The translations under genes and the position numbers were made by a program. The notes beneath the pieces were generated by a model. It had not been told where the DNA came from. It saw only the letters and a program-made list of their open reading frames with translations, and made no database searches. Positions 38,074-49,538 of a stretch of DNA of 64,000 nucleotides are shown here, piece by piece. This stretch comes from Selaginella moellendorffii (taxonomy: Eukaryota; Plantae; Lycopodiophyta), in the NCBI RefSeq assembly GCF_000143415.4, contig NW_003314343.1, positions 789,334 to 853,333 on the forward strand, in the 5' to 3' direction. Each line of letters begins with the position of its first letter. The first letter of the stretch is position 1.

Positions 38074-39576
38074 AGATCCAGGTGTGGATCATAGAGATGA
38101 TCTAGCAGTGATTATCCAAATATACATACTCATTCATACACAGTCATATATAATTCTTTCCTCATGTGTGCGTGTGTCTGTCCACTTTCACTTTGAGGCT
38201 GAGGATGTTAAAAAGGAGAAATATGAAGCAACACCTAGGGTATATGGATGTGAAACACAAAAGTCTCACTCCCTCCAGATACCTGATCACTTGGCTAATG
38301 AAATTTAATCTCCCTGTGGATGCTAGAAACACCCTCCCAATGACTGTTTGTGATACATGCAAAGAATTTTCCTAAGGATTCCAGAGCACACCTGGGAACT
38401 CGCAGCCTCCAGCTGATTGTACTGGCATAACAGTGAGCCAGTAACTTGGTTTTGGAAATTTGGAAGCTGGAGCAAAGTGTTGAGAGTTAGAGATGCAAGC
38501 ATGATTGGGTGAGTGCTCTCAAAATTGAAATCCTAACCACGAGTGGCAAACAAAAGAGGAGCATACCTAATTGCATAGGCTTCACGAGCTGATGGTGAGA
38601 GCTGAAAAGAATTTCACATCCTAGTCTTCAATGCTTCATTCATATCTGCTGAAGAATTTTCCTTTTCACTGGTCTTTTTTCCTTGATAGTTTTAGGGCGG
38701 AGAAAGGTTGCATTTGTTATGGGCGCTGTGGATTTGATGATTCGGGTCGCTGTGTGTAGCATCCTCCAGAGTATCGAGGTAAATCAGCTTCCATCCTGGA
38801 TAATGAATTAGCGTTCGCTCGCCAGAGAGTCCAGAATGACCAGGTTGACAGGAGGATCTTGCCTCCAAGTGGATGTAAGTCATCGAATAATGAATGATCA
38901 AGAAATGTTTTTGTCACTCGCAAATTTTGATTTTGCGAGCATACCCTATCTATGCCATCATCCAAGAGGTGAGCCCATTTGCACCACCTTACGTCTCTTT
39001 GCAGGCCGGAGTGGAGAACGGCTTCGAGCAGGCTTCTGTGGTTTTCTTTGCCCTTCGACTTTTCTTGCCACAAGATACATCGCCCGCACCACCTGTCCAT
39101 TGTCTTGCACTACATCGCGTCTGGAAAGGTGCTCCGAAAACAAAAGCTCATGTTTGTTCGTTTGGTAGATGCACATCAGTCGCGAGTCGTGAGTCTATTA
39201 TAACTAAAGTCGACTGTTTGGTTATCCCATGCACAATGCTCACCAGTGCCACGTAAAAGACTGCAGTTGATACTGTGATCAACAGAAACAAGGAAAAGCT
39301 TCTCGCGGAGCTATATGCTGCCTTTAAAGTGCGCTTTTTTTCATAATGTAAGTCGACTTTTTCTGATCAACTTCCAGTGCAGCTTTACTGGCGCCACGCT
39401 GAGCACTCTCTACGAGCTGCTGCGGGAGAAAATCCGGGAGGCACACAAATCCAGAAAGAGCAACAAAGGTCGTGTTGCCGAGCAGGACTTGGATCTCATT
39501 TCCGACCGCCCTGGACAACACGGGGCCTCACGATAGGCTTTGATACGAAATGCTCTACGAACAGCTCTCTTGTGAG
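38074..39576 (+). pseudogene. Degenerate intron-containing gene remnant 'X' of unknown family (repeated at ~48155-49538 and ~51790-53488)
   Basis: Three diverged copies with exon-like blocks bounded by GT/AG, e.g. NELAFARQRVQNDQVDRRILPPSG|gtaag, TVINRNKEKLLAELYAAFKVRFFHN|gtaag, cag|FTGATLSTLYELLREKIREAHKSRKSNKGRVAEQDLDLISDRP. Stops and indels in all copies. Confidence 0.45.
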
Positions 39577-40899
39577 TAAATATTCTAGAATACTTTACTA
39601 TCTAATGGTTGTTATTTATTTAGATTAATTTTGTATTTATAAATTGTAAACATGTTTATAATTATAAACTTCCATTTGATTAATTGGATTAATATATAGG
39701 AATAACACTACTACTAAGAAAATCAAGTGTTGTTGCGTATAACATATTATTATTGCATGAATTGACTTAAGCTATATAAGTAAGTAGCAAATCAAGTTTT
39801 AAAATTGACATATTTATATTTTCTCAAATTAAATAGATTTATGTAGCCCTTTTCCTTGAAGGGCAATAAAATAGATTATTCTTTCAGAATATTTTTTTCT
39901 TTTCTAAAGGATGAATGAATATTCCAAATGTGATGAATTTCTCTATCCATTTTGTTAGTGTATAATTTTATATTCCATTTTTCTCTTACCACCTCTTTGG
40001 TATGGCAATGAATATAATTGTGTATATTTGTTATAATGCTTAAATTATTTATCATATGTAGATTTATTGTTTGTTTTGAGTTGTATACAAAAATATTATG
40101 CACACAATCACTTTTCAATTGCTATATTAGCAATCAAAATGTGATTATGTATATAATATTTTTGTCATGGGATATACCCTATATACATGGCGTGACATCC
40201 TATGCAAAACTAATCTCAAACAACATAAGATCACCACAAATCTAACAAACGGTTTTTTGTCTTGTATGATTGAGTGCAGATTTATAATCTCTTGATTGTG
40301 ATCATCTCTTTACTCTTATTTCACACAACTGTGGCTCATTTCTTATAATTTAGAAGCATAATTTTATTGTAGCATTCCCTTGGTCCCCACATCATATGTT
40401 GCAAGAAAAGCATTTAAACCACAATAACACTCTTGAGGTGATACACCCCTTCCTAACCTCCTAATTTATAGTTTTGAGATATTAGTGCAATGTACATTGG
40501 TGTAAGTTTTTGAATTTTTATTTTCTGGGAGATCACCCAACCCAATATTATTCAAAATATCCCAAAATTCTTAACTAATTAAAAAAAGATTGCCTCTACT
40601 TTCTATATTTGAATTCTTATAGATTTAATTACCCCACTATGCCCTAATGTCATTCCACACACAATATTTCATTTTCAATCAACATAATATATTCTATTAC
40701 TGTTTACATAGTCTCAGATTTAGGAATCGGGCAATTTCTTTTGCAGCTCTGGCGTCCTTTTTGCCAGTGTTAAAGCTGACATATAGCATGTGAATACGTA
40801 CTACGGTATGCACAAAGCTTTACCGCAAGCATACACGTAGCTCAATATCGACATAAAAGACACAAAAGTCCTAAAAGGTAGTGCATGCGTCACAATGCA

Positions 40900-41170
40900 T
40901 CCTTTCTCAACTTGGAGATACCAGTTATTTAAGAACACTTGAAAGATGTACGTTTCTGAGGACAACCAGGCAATTCCATGCCCGAGCGGGGGAGGAGCTA
41001 CTGGACGTGGCTCCTTGTCCCAGTTCGGAGAGCTCACCGAGACGAAGCGAAGCTCGTGTTTGATCGCCGTCGTGGGTCTCTGCGTACGCCCGCTTCGAAT
41101 GCCCCCAGCAGCCCCCGAGGATCGAGATGGTGTCTCCTGGACTGCCGTAATCGCAGAGCTCTCTCAAAAC
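40900..41170 (+). pseudogene. PPR fragment inside the inverted repeat (also at ~51490-51740 and ~55350-55600)
   Basis: LTETKRSSCLI..MPPAAPEDRDGVSWTAVIAELSQN / EAKLVFDR resemble the PPR motif A+.VFD.M..RD.VSWTA.I. Confidence 0.55.
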
Positions 41171-41469
41171 TATCGCCTCCAGGACACAACACAATACCGA
41201 CCGCAAAGTTTAGACAAGACAATAACATCATAGTCCTCGCAGTGGTTGAGCTTCACCATCTCAGTGAAGTTCTTGAGCGGGTTGGCGTCCTCTTCTTGTC
41301 CGTCAGACTCTGCTTCATGGCGATGGCATCAGGGAGCTCTACATTGTTAATAGATGCACTAGTCGGTAGCCACGATCTTCTATCAATCTTTCCTCACGAC
41401 ATTCTAGGGAGGAAATAGAAACCTTATTATAACAACCTTTGCGATGTAGGCAAAGAAACATAGAGTCAA

Positions 41470-41887
41470 TCATGCACACCATCCACCAACACCGAGGACT
41501 GCTATGCAGTGGAGCCCCGAACAGCACTGTACTCCCCTTGGAATATAGAACGGTGCACAACTCTTGCCCTTGCCGGCACAATTCTCATTCAAGGTGAGAG
41601 CTAGATCCCCATGATCATCTTCTGCATCACACAGAATCTTAGTGACCAAAAGAGCCAATGAAACCTCACACTCACCAGTGTTAACAGGATGATCTTCAGC
41701 GAAGCCAGCTACCTCCTGGTTCTGCCGAGTTATGTCGTAAACCTCTTCTCCTGCAGCACAGGGAATGTCAGTGACCAAGAAACCGGAGCCACATCTCACA
41801 CTCACCGATATTAGCAGGACGAGCAGATGCCATAAACATTGCCATGGTGCATGCTACAGCAAGAAAAAGAGTAAAGCGGAGAGCCAT
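41470..41887 (-). CDS. Secreted pre-pro-peptide with inhibitor-cystine-knot (knottin) mature domain, copy 1 (102 aa)
   Basis: Exons 41887-41806, 41750-41676, 41621-41470 with two phase-1 GT-AG introns splice in frame to MALRFTLFLAVACTMAMFMASARPANI-GEEVYDITRQNQEVAGFAEDHPVNT-EDDHGDLALTLNENCAGKGKSCAPFYIPRGVQCCSGLHCIAVLGVGGWCA*. Spacing C-x6-C-x10-CC-x4-C-x9-C. TATA box at ~41946-41953; alternative ATG at 41893. Confidence 0.85.
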
Positions 41888-42103
41888 TGGCATGAGACTG
41901 GATACAACCGATTGAATGAGCGCTAGGAATCATAGAAGCCTACAGTTTATATATTCTAGAGCTGGTTGTATTTAAAACGTGCTGCTGCAAGCAGCCAATT
42001 ATATTGAGCCACGTGTATGCTAGCTGTAAAACGTTGTACATAACGTAGTACGTATTCACATGCTATATGTCAACTTTAACACTGACGCCAGAGCTGCAAA
42101 AGA

Positions 42104-42188
42104 AATTGTCCGCATTGTGACACTGAGACTATGTAAACAGTAATAAATTGTCCGCATTGTGACACTGAGACTATGTAAACAGTAATAA
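42104..42188 (+). repeat. 42-bp tandem duplication in the right inverted-repeat arm
   Basis: aattgtccgcattgtgacactgagactatgtaaacagtaata occurs twice (42104, 42146). Confidence 0.9.
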
Positions 42189-43940
42189 AATATATTATGT
42201 TAGTTGAAAATGAAGTTGGTGATGAATTTGAGGTGGGTAATTTTATTTGACCATTTTTGAAAAGGGTAGAAATTTGTTTTTAAGGGCTAACCTTCAAAAC
42301 AAAGAAACTTTTAAAATACAAAAGCTTAAAGATTTTGAAAGTTCTTTTCTTGTCCTTGACTGTCAAGTGGCTCTTGTTGGGTAGTGGGGATAGTTCTTCC
42401 TTAGGCTTACCTTAGTTATTCTCATATAAAATGTGTGAGTCACTTGGTAATACAAGGGGAAGTGTACCTCAATTTGGCAAAACATTGCAAAATATATGAA
42501 AAAAATTAAATATATGTGTGTTTAAATTATTGTAATACACATGTGTGACTCACAAAATTATACAACTTTTTTTTACGTATGGGCATGCAATAATGCCTTT
42601 CTAAGTTAGTGTCACATATACAATTTTCTACGCTATATTTGACTCAATGTCAAATTTTTTAATATGTTAGAAGGGTTTACACTTTGGGTTAGGGCTTGTA
42701 GTTGTGATGTTTAAAACAATTCGATCTATAAGAATTCAAATATAGATGGTAAGGGCACATTTGGAATACTCATTCATCCTTTAGAAAAGAAAAAATATTC
42801 TGAAAGAATAATCTATTTTATTGCCCTTCAAGGAAAAGGGCTACATAAATCTATTTAATTTGAGAAAATATAAATATGTCAATTTTAAAACTTGATTTGC
42901 TGCTTACTTATATAGCTTAAGTCAATTCATGCAATAATAATAATAATGTATTGCGTGCTGCATGCAGCAACACTTAATTTTCTTAGTAGTAGTGTTATTC
43001 CTATTGATTAATCAAATTAATCAAATGGAAGTTTATAATTGTAAACATGTTTACAATTTATAAATATAAGAGTAATCTAAATAAATAACAGCCATTAGAT
43101 AGTAAAGTATTCTCGAATATTTAAATATATTCTAGGTATATTCACTACCACACCCAAATTAAACTATTATGAAGTAATATTAAAAGTAGCATCTCGAATG
43201 GAGAAAAACTAGTTAGAGTCATGTTGGCAAAAAACAACTCAGAAAGGAATCTTTAGTAAGACATTGATTGAGATCAATCTTCTCTAAAGTCATATTAAAA
43301 CCCAGGGTTTAAATCAGCCACTCAAGAAATTTTAGAAAAGTAAAATTAAAGAATAAAAGGCAAATTAACATACAATTTGGACTGCTTCAACCACTATAGA
43401 GAATATTATATACATATGGAAGGCGCGCGCCGCGCAACCTCCACTCCTTTCGCAGCACGCACTTGTGTTTTTGCTTCTCTCATCGCAACCAACTGAGAAG
43501 AGCTCCCTCGGGTTGGGCGCCTGTGCCCGGGAAACGGCCTTAAGACCGTTAACGGACACGTGGAATAACGTGATTCGAGGATGAGAGGGTTTCTCTAGAA
43601 CTGGCAGCTGGTAGCTGGGTTTTGGAGAACCTGGCAGTTGTTAGCCTTCTCGCAGAGAACCTGACATCATCCGACGGCTGCCAACGGCTAGATCAAGTTA
43701 ACGGGCGAGCCACAGCCCGTTAAGAGAGGAGGTCCAGGCAGCGCCAGATTGATTACGAGCTGCTAGATCTGGGGGATGTTGCCAGAGATTTGTGTGTTCT
43801 TCCTGTAGCAGCTCTAAGAGGGAGAGGGAGAGGGAGAGGGAGAGAGAGGGGAGGCGAGAGGGGGAGAGGGGGAATGGATTCTTTCAATCCGTTCCAGGAG
43901 GAGGTGGGCGGGGGGGGGCATCCAGAGCACGTTTGCGGAC

Positions 43941-44041
43941 ATGGCGCTGCAGCACAAGCTCACCTTCCTCGTCGACAACTCGTCCCTCTGCTGCTGGACG
44001 TATGCAATCGTCTGGCAGCTCTCCAGCGCCGACGGCCAGAT

Positions 44042-44082
<41 letters not shown>

Positions 44083-45070
44083 GCATCACCTAGCATCATC
44101 TGCCATGGTTCTAAAAGGCGCTCACTTCACTTCAGGATTCTGAGCTGGGGCGACGGCTACTTCTCCACCAACGAGAACAGTACCCAGCGGAACGAGGCCA
44201 AGCAGTTCGATGCCGACCAAATTCTCAGGCGCAAGGTCCTCCGCGAGCTCCACGACCTGTGCCATCCCGAGGAGGATTATCGAGAGGTGGACCATGTCAC
44301 CGACCAGGAGTGGTTCTATCTCCTCTCCATGTCGTGGAATTTCGCCTGCGGTGAAGGGTACGTAGAAACACGCTTCTTGTCTTGTTCCAAGGCTGATAAG
44401 CTCCAGGAGAACTCGCAGCATTCCAGGGCGGGCGTTCCAGTTTGGGCAGCACATATGGATTTGCGACACTGTCAAGCCCATTAACTTTCAGTGTGCGCGA
44501 CTGGAGCTTGCCAAGGTAACGTATTCTTTTTCCTTTGTTTTTATCACCTGCGCTCCAAGATTGCGTGCTGACTTCACTCCTCCCCTCTGTGCTTGTGCCC
44601 AGAGCGCAGGAATTCAGGTAACCAAAAGTTGAACTGGCCATGTTGTATAGATCTCTCACGTACTCCACGCTGCAGACAATCGTCTGTGTTCCCACCCGAA
44701 ACGGAGTTGTGGAGCTGGGATCCACCGAAATCGTAAGCTTTCGTGTTTTTCGCTTCTCTCTGTTGGAGATGATATATGTGGTGCCGCAGGTTAACGAGTG
44801 CTCGCGGACACTCCAAGACATAAGGAGATACTTTGAGGAGGAGCAGCAGCAGCAGCAATCACAGTAGCAACCGCAGCAACAGCAACTTCTTTCCCACCTT
44901 TGAAGTTTCTATTCATTGCTCTTGAACCCGCAGGATTCCTCGTTGCTATCCGGTCCTATATCCAGCACCAGGAAGTTTCCAGCTTGTGCCCCTGGGGATT
45001 TCTTGCCTCCTCTGAAAGAAAAGTCTCCTGGGTCATATGTCCTCTCAACATCTCCCAATCAAAACGCCGT
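43941..45070 (+). CDS. bHLH-MYC/R N-terminal domain (MIR/JID region) gene lacking the bHLH domain, copy 1; possibly truncated or pseudogenic
   Basis: MALQHKLTFLVDNSSLCCWTYAIVWQ|ILSWGDGYF..LRRKVLRELH..VTDQEWFYLLSMSWNFACGEG|IPGRAF..HIWI..RLELAK|SAGIQ (15-nt micro-exon)|TIVCVPTRNGVVELGSTEI|VNE..EEEQQQQQSQ* (TAG 44865-44867; CAG in copy 2). The upstream ATG at 43874 is out of frame across a G-run. Confidence 0.8.
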
Positions 45071-45513
45071 ATGCATTCCAATAGAGATCATATTTCCTCG
45101 AGGCCTTGACAACCCTTGTCACTTGCTCGACAAGCTCAACATCGCTAGCATTGTGTTTTGGCATGATCTCATGGATGAAGGACGAGCACACGCTGCTTAG
45201 AACAGAGATTGTGCATGCTCCTCACCTCCACCCTGATGGGATTGGTTTGCAACAGAAACGTACTAATTTTTCTTCTTGGTGGAAATCTCCAACAGCCTTT
45301 ACAAACTGTGTCTCACGGAAGACCAGCTGCTTTGCAGTATTGGAAACGTCACCTCAAAGATCTTCATCGTCTTGCTTTGAAAAATCAGAGGAGAAAAACA
45401 GTCCAAGATGTAGAGAAAAGAAATGTACGTCCTCGTCCAGAGCAAGAAAAGTTAGGGCTAGGGTCAGCGTCCAGTTTATCTCTGAGCGTAAAAAGTATAT
45501 ACGCAGAACAAGG

Positions 45514-47313
45514 ATGGCGTTTCTGCGAGCGCAGCGCGTTTTGTACATCCATCCCACAGGCGAAGCGGAACTAGACGAAGGAGTGCTGCGGCACAAGGGG
45601 AGGAGAGGTAGGCCAGTTCCCAGCGCTCTGCCCGATGTGGCCGGCCTTCGGGGATGGCTGCAGGAAGAACTGCCTTCTGTGGATTCGGTCCTCGTTCCCG
45701 GCGATGGATGGTACAATCCGGAGTACTTACCAGACGGCCCACTTCCTGTGAGCTTTGCGCTTCATGTGCGTGGATCCGAAGGTAAAGTAACTGGTTTTTT
45801 GCTCTTGGTCTCCGCTCATTCTTGGCGATGGTGATCAGGCAAGCGACGCAGGGACGAAAACACCGCTGTGACAGTCGCAAGGAGTCAGACGAAGAGGGTG
45901 AAGGATTACCAAGTATACGAGCCCATGCTAGTGGAGCCGGATATCCTACTGGGCGGCCGGTCGAGTACCATGCTTGTGGCTCTAAAGTGGCTAGCTTTGC
46001 TCGAGCGCGAGGCCGCCAAGGTAGACCTTACAAGCCTGAGAGAGCTCAGGCTTGCCAAGGTGAAGCCAAAGGAGAGCGCCTATTATCCCGGCGTCTTGGC
46101 CTTCTTACGAGCTGCTTCGATTGGTCAGACAGGCTTGAATTTCGGTGGGCACGGCTTGCAGGGCTTTATATGCGGCAAGCCAAGAGTTGTGTCGGAAGTG
46201 AAAACGAAGGTTTTCTATGCAACTGATAAGGATGAGACGGGTATGGTGGCCAATGCTACGCTGATAAAGCAGGAAACAGACTATCTGAAAACGGGAATCG
46301 AGGGAACGGATGAGACGGCTCGTCTGGGGTGCCTGTTTTGCCGCATGGACAGGTTCTGGATTGTCAAGTACCTGCGAGTGACGGATAAGGTTCAGGTGAC
46401 GCCGGGATTTCCTTTGCCTCTGCAGCTGGCCGACTTCAGTCCGGATTTTGTGCTGATGAAGCTTTCGTGGCTAAATGAGACCAGCTTGGAGAGCATCAGC
46501 CTGAAAGACGTTCTACCTCCTAAACCGATGCCTGGATTCTGTACGTTGGTCTCCTATACGGAGGAACTGCAGCGAATGTACGATCTACCGCTGCTGAGTG
46601 TTCGTTTCGTGGGACCAAGCACTGATATCCCGCTCTCAGATCTGACGCCGGTGGCTTATGGCAAGAAGTCCCTTGTGGTGCTCCGACGATCGGCATTCAA
46701 TGTCCTCAAGATCTGCTCGCCATCGAGTGCTGAGATGGAGCGACGCATCCATGCAGCATCCGACGGGCACTGCAACGTGCGGAGGCTTGTGAACTGGGGG
46801 ATGGTGAGCATTGGGGAGAACAATGACGTGTTTGGCTTTCTGGAGCTCGAGGGCTATGGCCAGCCTTTGGGTCGGGAGCACATTGCCGACATGGAAGCGA
46901 TGGATGATATGTGGAATCAGGCATACCGGGGGCTCAAGCATCTCCATTCCAAGGGTGTTCTTCACCGCGACGTGAAGCCAGACAACCTGGTCGTGTTTCC
47001 GGGCAACGTGCTCAAGATAAACGACTACGATGTGTCGTGCTTCAAAGGCGAGAGCCGTGCTTACAGCGAGATGGTGGGAACTGTCGGGTACCAGTCTCCT
47101 TCTGATATGTTGCCGTATGCGGAGGAGGACGACGTGTTGTCTCTGGCGCTCTCTTTCTATGCTCTCAAGTTTGGAACGACAACGACTTCGAAAGCGGGCC
47201 GGCTCCATATCTTACTCCGAGAGCTGCAGCCGGATGTTTTCCCTGGAGCAATGATCCAGGCAGTGGAAGAAGCGGTGATGCAACTCAACTTGGAGCTACT
47301 CGAAGAAGATTAG
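45514..47313 (+). CDS. Crinkler-like protein: ~90-aa header, basic NLS-like linker, PD-(D/E)xK nuclease-like domain, atypical Ser/Thr kinase (580 aa), copy 1
   Basis: Exon 45514-45781 and exon 45839-47313 splice in frame (phase-1 intron GT 45782..AG 45838). KRRRD-x12-KRVK; VVSEVK...KQETDYL..LGCLF...FWIVK; kinase VLKI, HRDVKPDN, INDYD, GTVGYQSPS, DDVLSLALSF. The kinase call is firm; the nuclease and CRN calls are inferred. Confidence 0.78.
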
Positions 47314-49538
47314 TACTAAATTTATAAAGTGAGCCTATTGAATGGTTTGTAAATTAAGACCTACTGTGTTCCTGAAGTGCCATTTGTAGCAACACCCAGT
47401 AATCACATAGACGTGGATCCCAATATGTCAGAGTCTATCAGGTTGGAGTTGTTTTATTTTGTTTGTGGTGGGCATGATGTTATTAGGAGCTGCATTTCGC
47501 AGTACATGTTCCATGCAGCACTTCTTCCTTCCCTCAGCTTGCACTTGGCAAGTCTACCACGCGGATGGAGGTCGACCCTCCAGCCAGTTTAGCAACACAA
47601 GAACAAGGTGGCGGTGGTGGTTGTGGTGGTGGTGCTCGTGTACATTGCCACATAGGAATCCATGTCAAGCTACAGTTGCACCTGGTGGTGAAGATGTAGA
47701 ATTGTTTCCTGTTGAACAATTGGAAAAGTAATGGATGTATCTAGATGTTCATGGATAACAGGAGTACTCCTCCACTCTTTCACAGCATGCTGTGTGGAGT
47801 TGATGGAGGATGAATGGTTGGTTTATATTCATTTTCTTTTGTGTTGTTAATGTTACTAAGGTGATCGTCTTCGTGGATTCAGGTTTAACAATCTCCTCCA
47901 TTCACTGCTTTATTGTCAATGTTTGGCAACATCTTTATAGTGCCACTTATGCAAGTTTCTAGTCCATTTGAATTGGTCATATATAATTTGATGGGCCATT
48001 TTCATAGGGGGTGTTATTATATTGTCATTGTATCTGATTACTTTATTCAATGAGTTGAGGTGTGTACACCTTGCAACATAATTTGAAAACCTGAGTATAT
48101 CCTTTCAACTCAAGATTGTGAAAAGTGCTCAACATATGAATCTCTCTTTTCTCCCTATGGATGCTAGAAACACCCTCCCAATGATCAATGATTGTGACTG
48201 TTTATGACACATGCAAAGAATTTTCCTAGGGATCCCAGAGCACACTTGGGAACTTGCAGCTTCCAGCTTCCAGCTGGCATAACAGTGAGCCAGTAACTTG
48301 GTTTTGGAAATTTGGAAGTTGGAGCAAAGTGTTGAGAGTTAAAGATGCAAGGATGATTGCTGAGTGCTCTCAAAATTGAAATCCTCGAGTAGCAAACTAG
48401 TGGAAGTCCAAAAGAGGAGCATACCTAATTGCATAGGCTTCACGAGCTGATGGTGAGAGCTGAAAAGAATTTCAATGCTTCATTCATATCAGATATTCCT
48501 GCTGAAGCCTTTTCCTTTTCACTTGTCTTTTTCCCTTGATTGTTTTAGGGCGGAGAAAGGCGATGGAAACGGTGGTATCGGTGGTGGAGTTCATGAAAGC
48601 AGCCCGTGAAGCCTGACTGGATGGAAGTATGGATATAAGGGTACTAGACCTGAGTTGGAAGAGATTGACAGGAAGGAAAAGGAGCAGTCAGCATTGTACA
48701 GGGAAGTGTATTTGGCACTATTTGCTCCAATATGGGCGCTGTAGATTTGATGATTCGGGTCGCTGTGTGTAGCATCCTGAGGTAAATCAGGCTCCATCCT
48801 GGATAATGAATTAGCGTTCGCTCGCCAGAGAGTACAGAATGGCCAGGTTGACAGGAGGATCTTGCCTCCAAGTGGATGTAAGTCATCTAATAATGAATGA
48901 TCAATAAATGTTCTTGTCACTCGCAAAATTTGATTTTGCGAGCATACCCTACCTATGCCATCATCCAAGAGGTGAGCCCATTTGCACCACCTTACGTCTC
49001 TTTGCAGGCCGGAATGGAGAACGGCTTCGAGCAGTGGTTTTCTTTGCCCTTCGACTTTTCTTGCCACAAGATACATCGCCCGCACCACTTGTCCATTGTC
49101 TTGCGCTACATCGCGTCTGGAAAGGTGCTCCGAAAACAAAAGCTCATGTTTGTTCATTTGGTAGATGCGAGTCGCAAGTCTATTATAAGTAAAGTCGACT
49201 GTTTGGTTATCCCATGCACAATGCTCACCAGTGCCACGTAAAAGACTGCAGTTGATACTGTGATCAACAGAAACAAGGAAAAGCTTCTGGCGGAGCTATA
49301 TGCTGCCTTTAAAGTGCGCTTTTTTTCATAATGTAAGTCGACTTTTTCTGATCAACTTCCAGTGCAGCTTCACGCTGAGCACTCTCTACGAGCTGCTGGG
49401 GGAGAAAATCCGGGAGGCACACAAATCCAGAAAGAGCAACAAAGGTCGTGTTGCCGAGCAGGACTTGGATCTCATTTCTGACCGCCCCACGGGGTCTCAC
49501 GATAGGCTTTGATACAAAACGAAGAGCTCTCTTGTGTG

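Larger units (their letters stand above)
39577..43123. repeat. Long AT-rich inverted repeat (arms ~39577-40848 and ~42001-43123) enclosing a PPR fragment and the knottin gene; foldback/Pack-element-like
   Basis: Outer ends TAAATATTCTAGAATACTTTACTATC / GATAGTAAAGTATTCTCGAATATTTA; inner ends ACACGTAGCTCAATAT / ATATTGAGCCACGTGT; shared internal blocks such as gtagcccttttccttgaagggcaataaaatag / ctattttattgcccttcaaggaaaagggctac. The two arms carry different internal deletions. Confidence 0.85.

Noticed and set aside
39577-39600. CTAG near the arm terminus as a Helitron 3' end
   Set aside because: No GC-rich subterminal hairpin, CTAG is not followed by T, and the arms are paired as inverted repeats, unlike Helitrons
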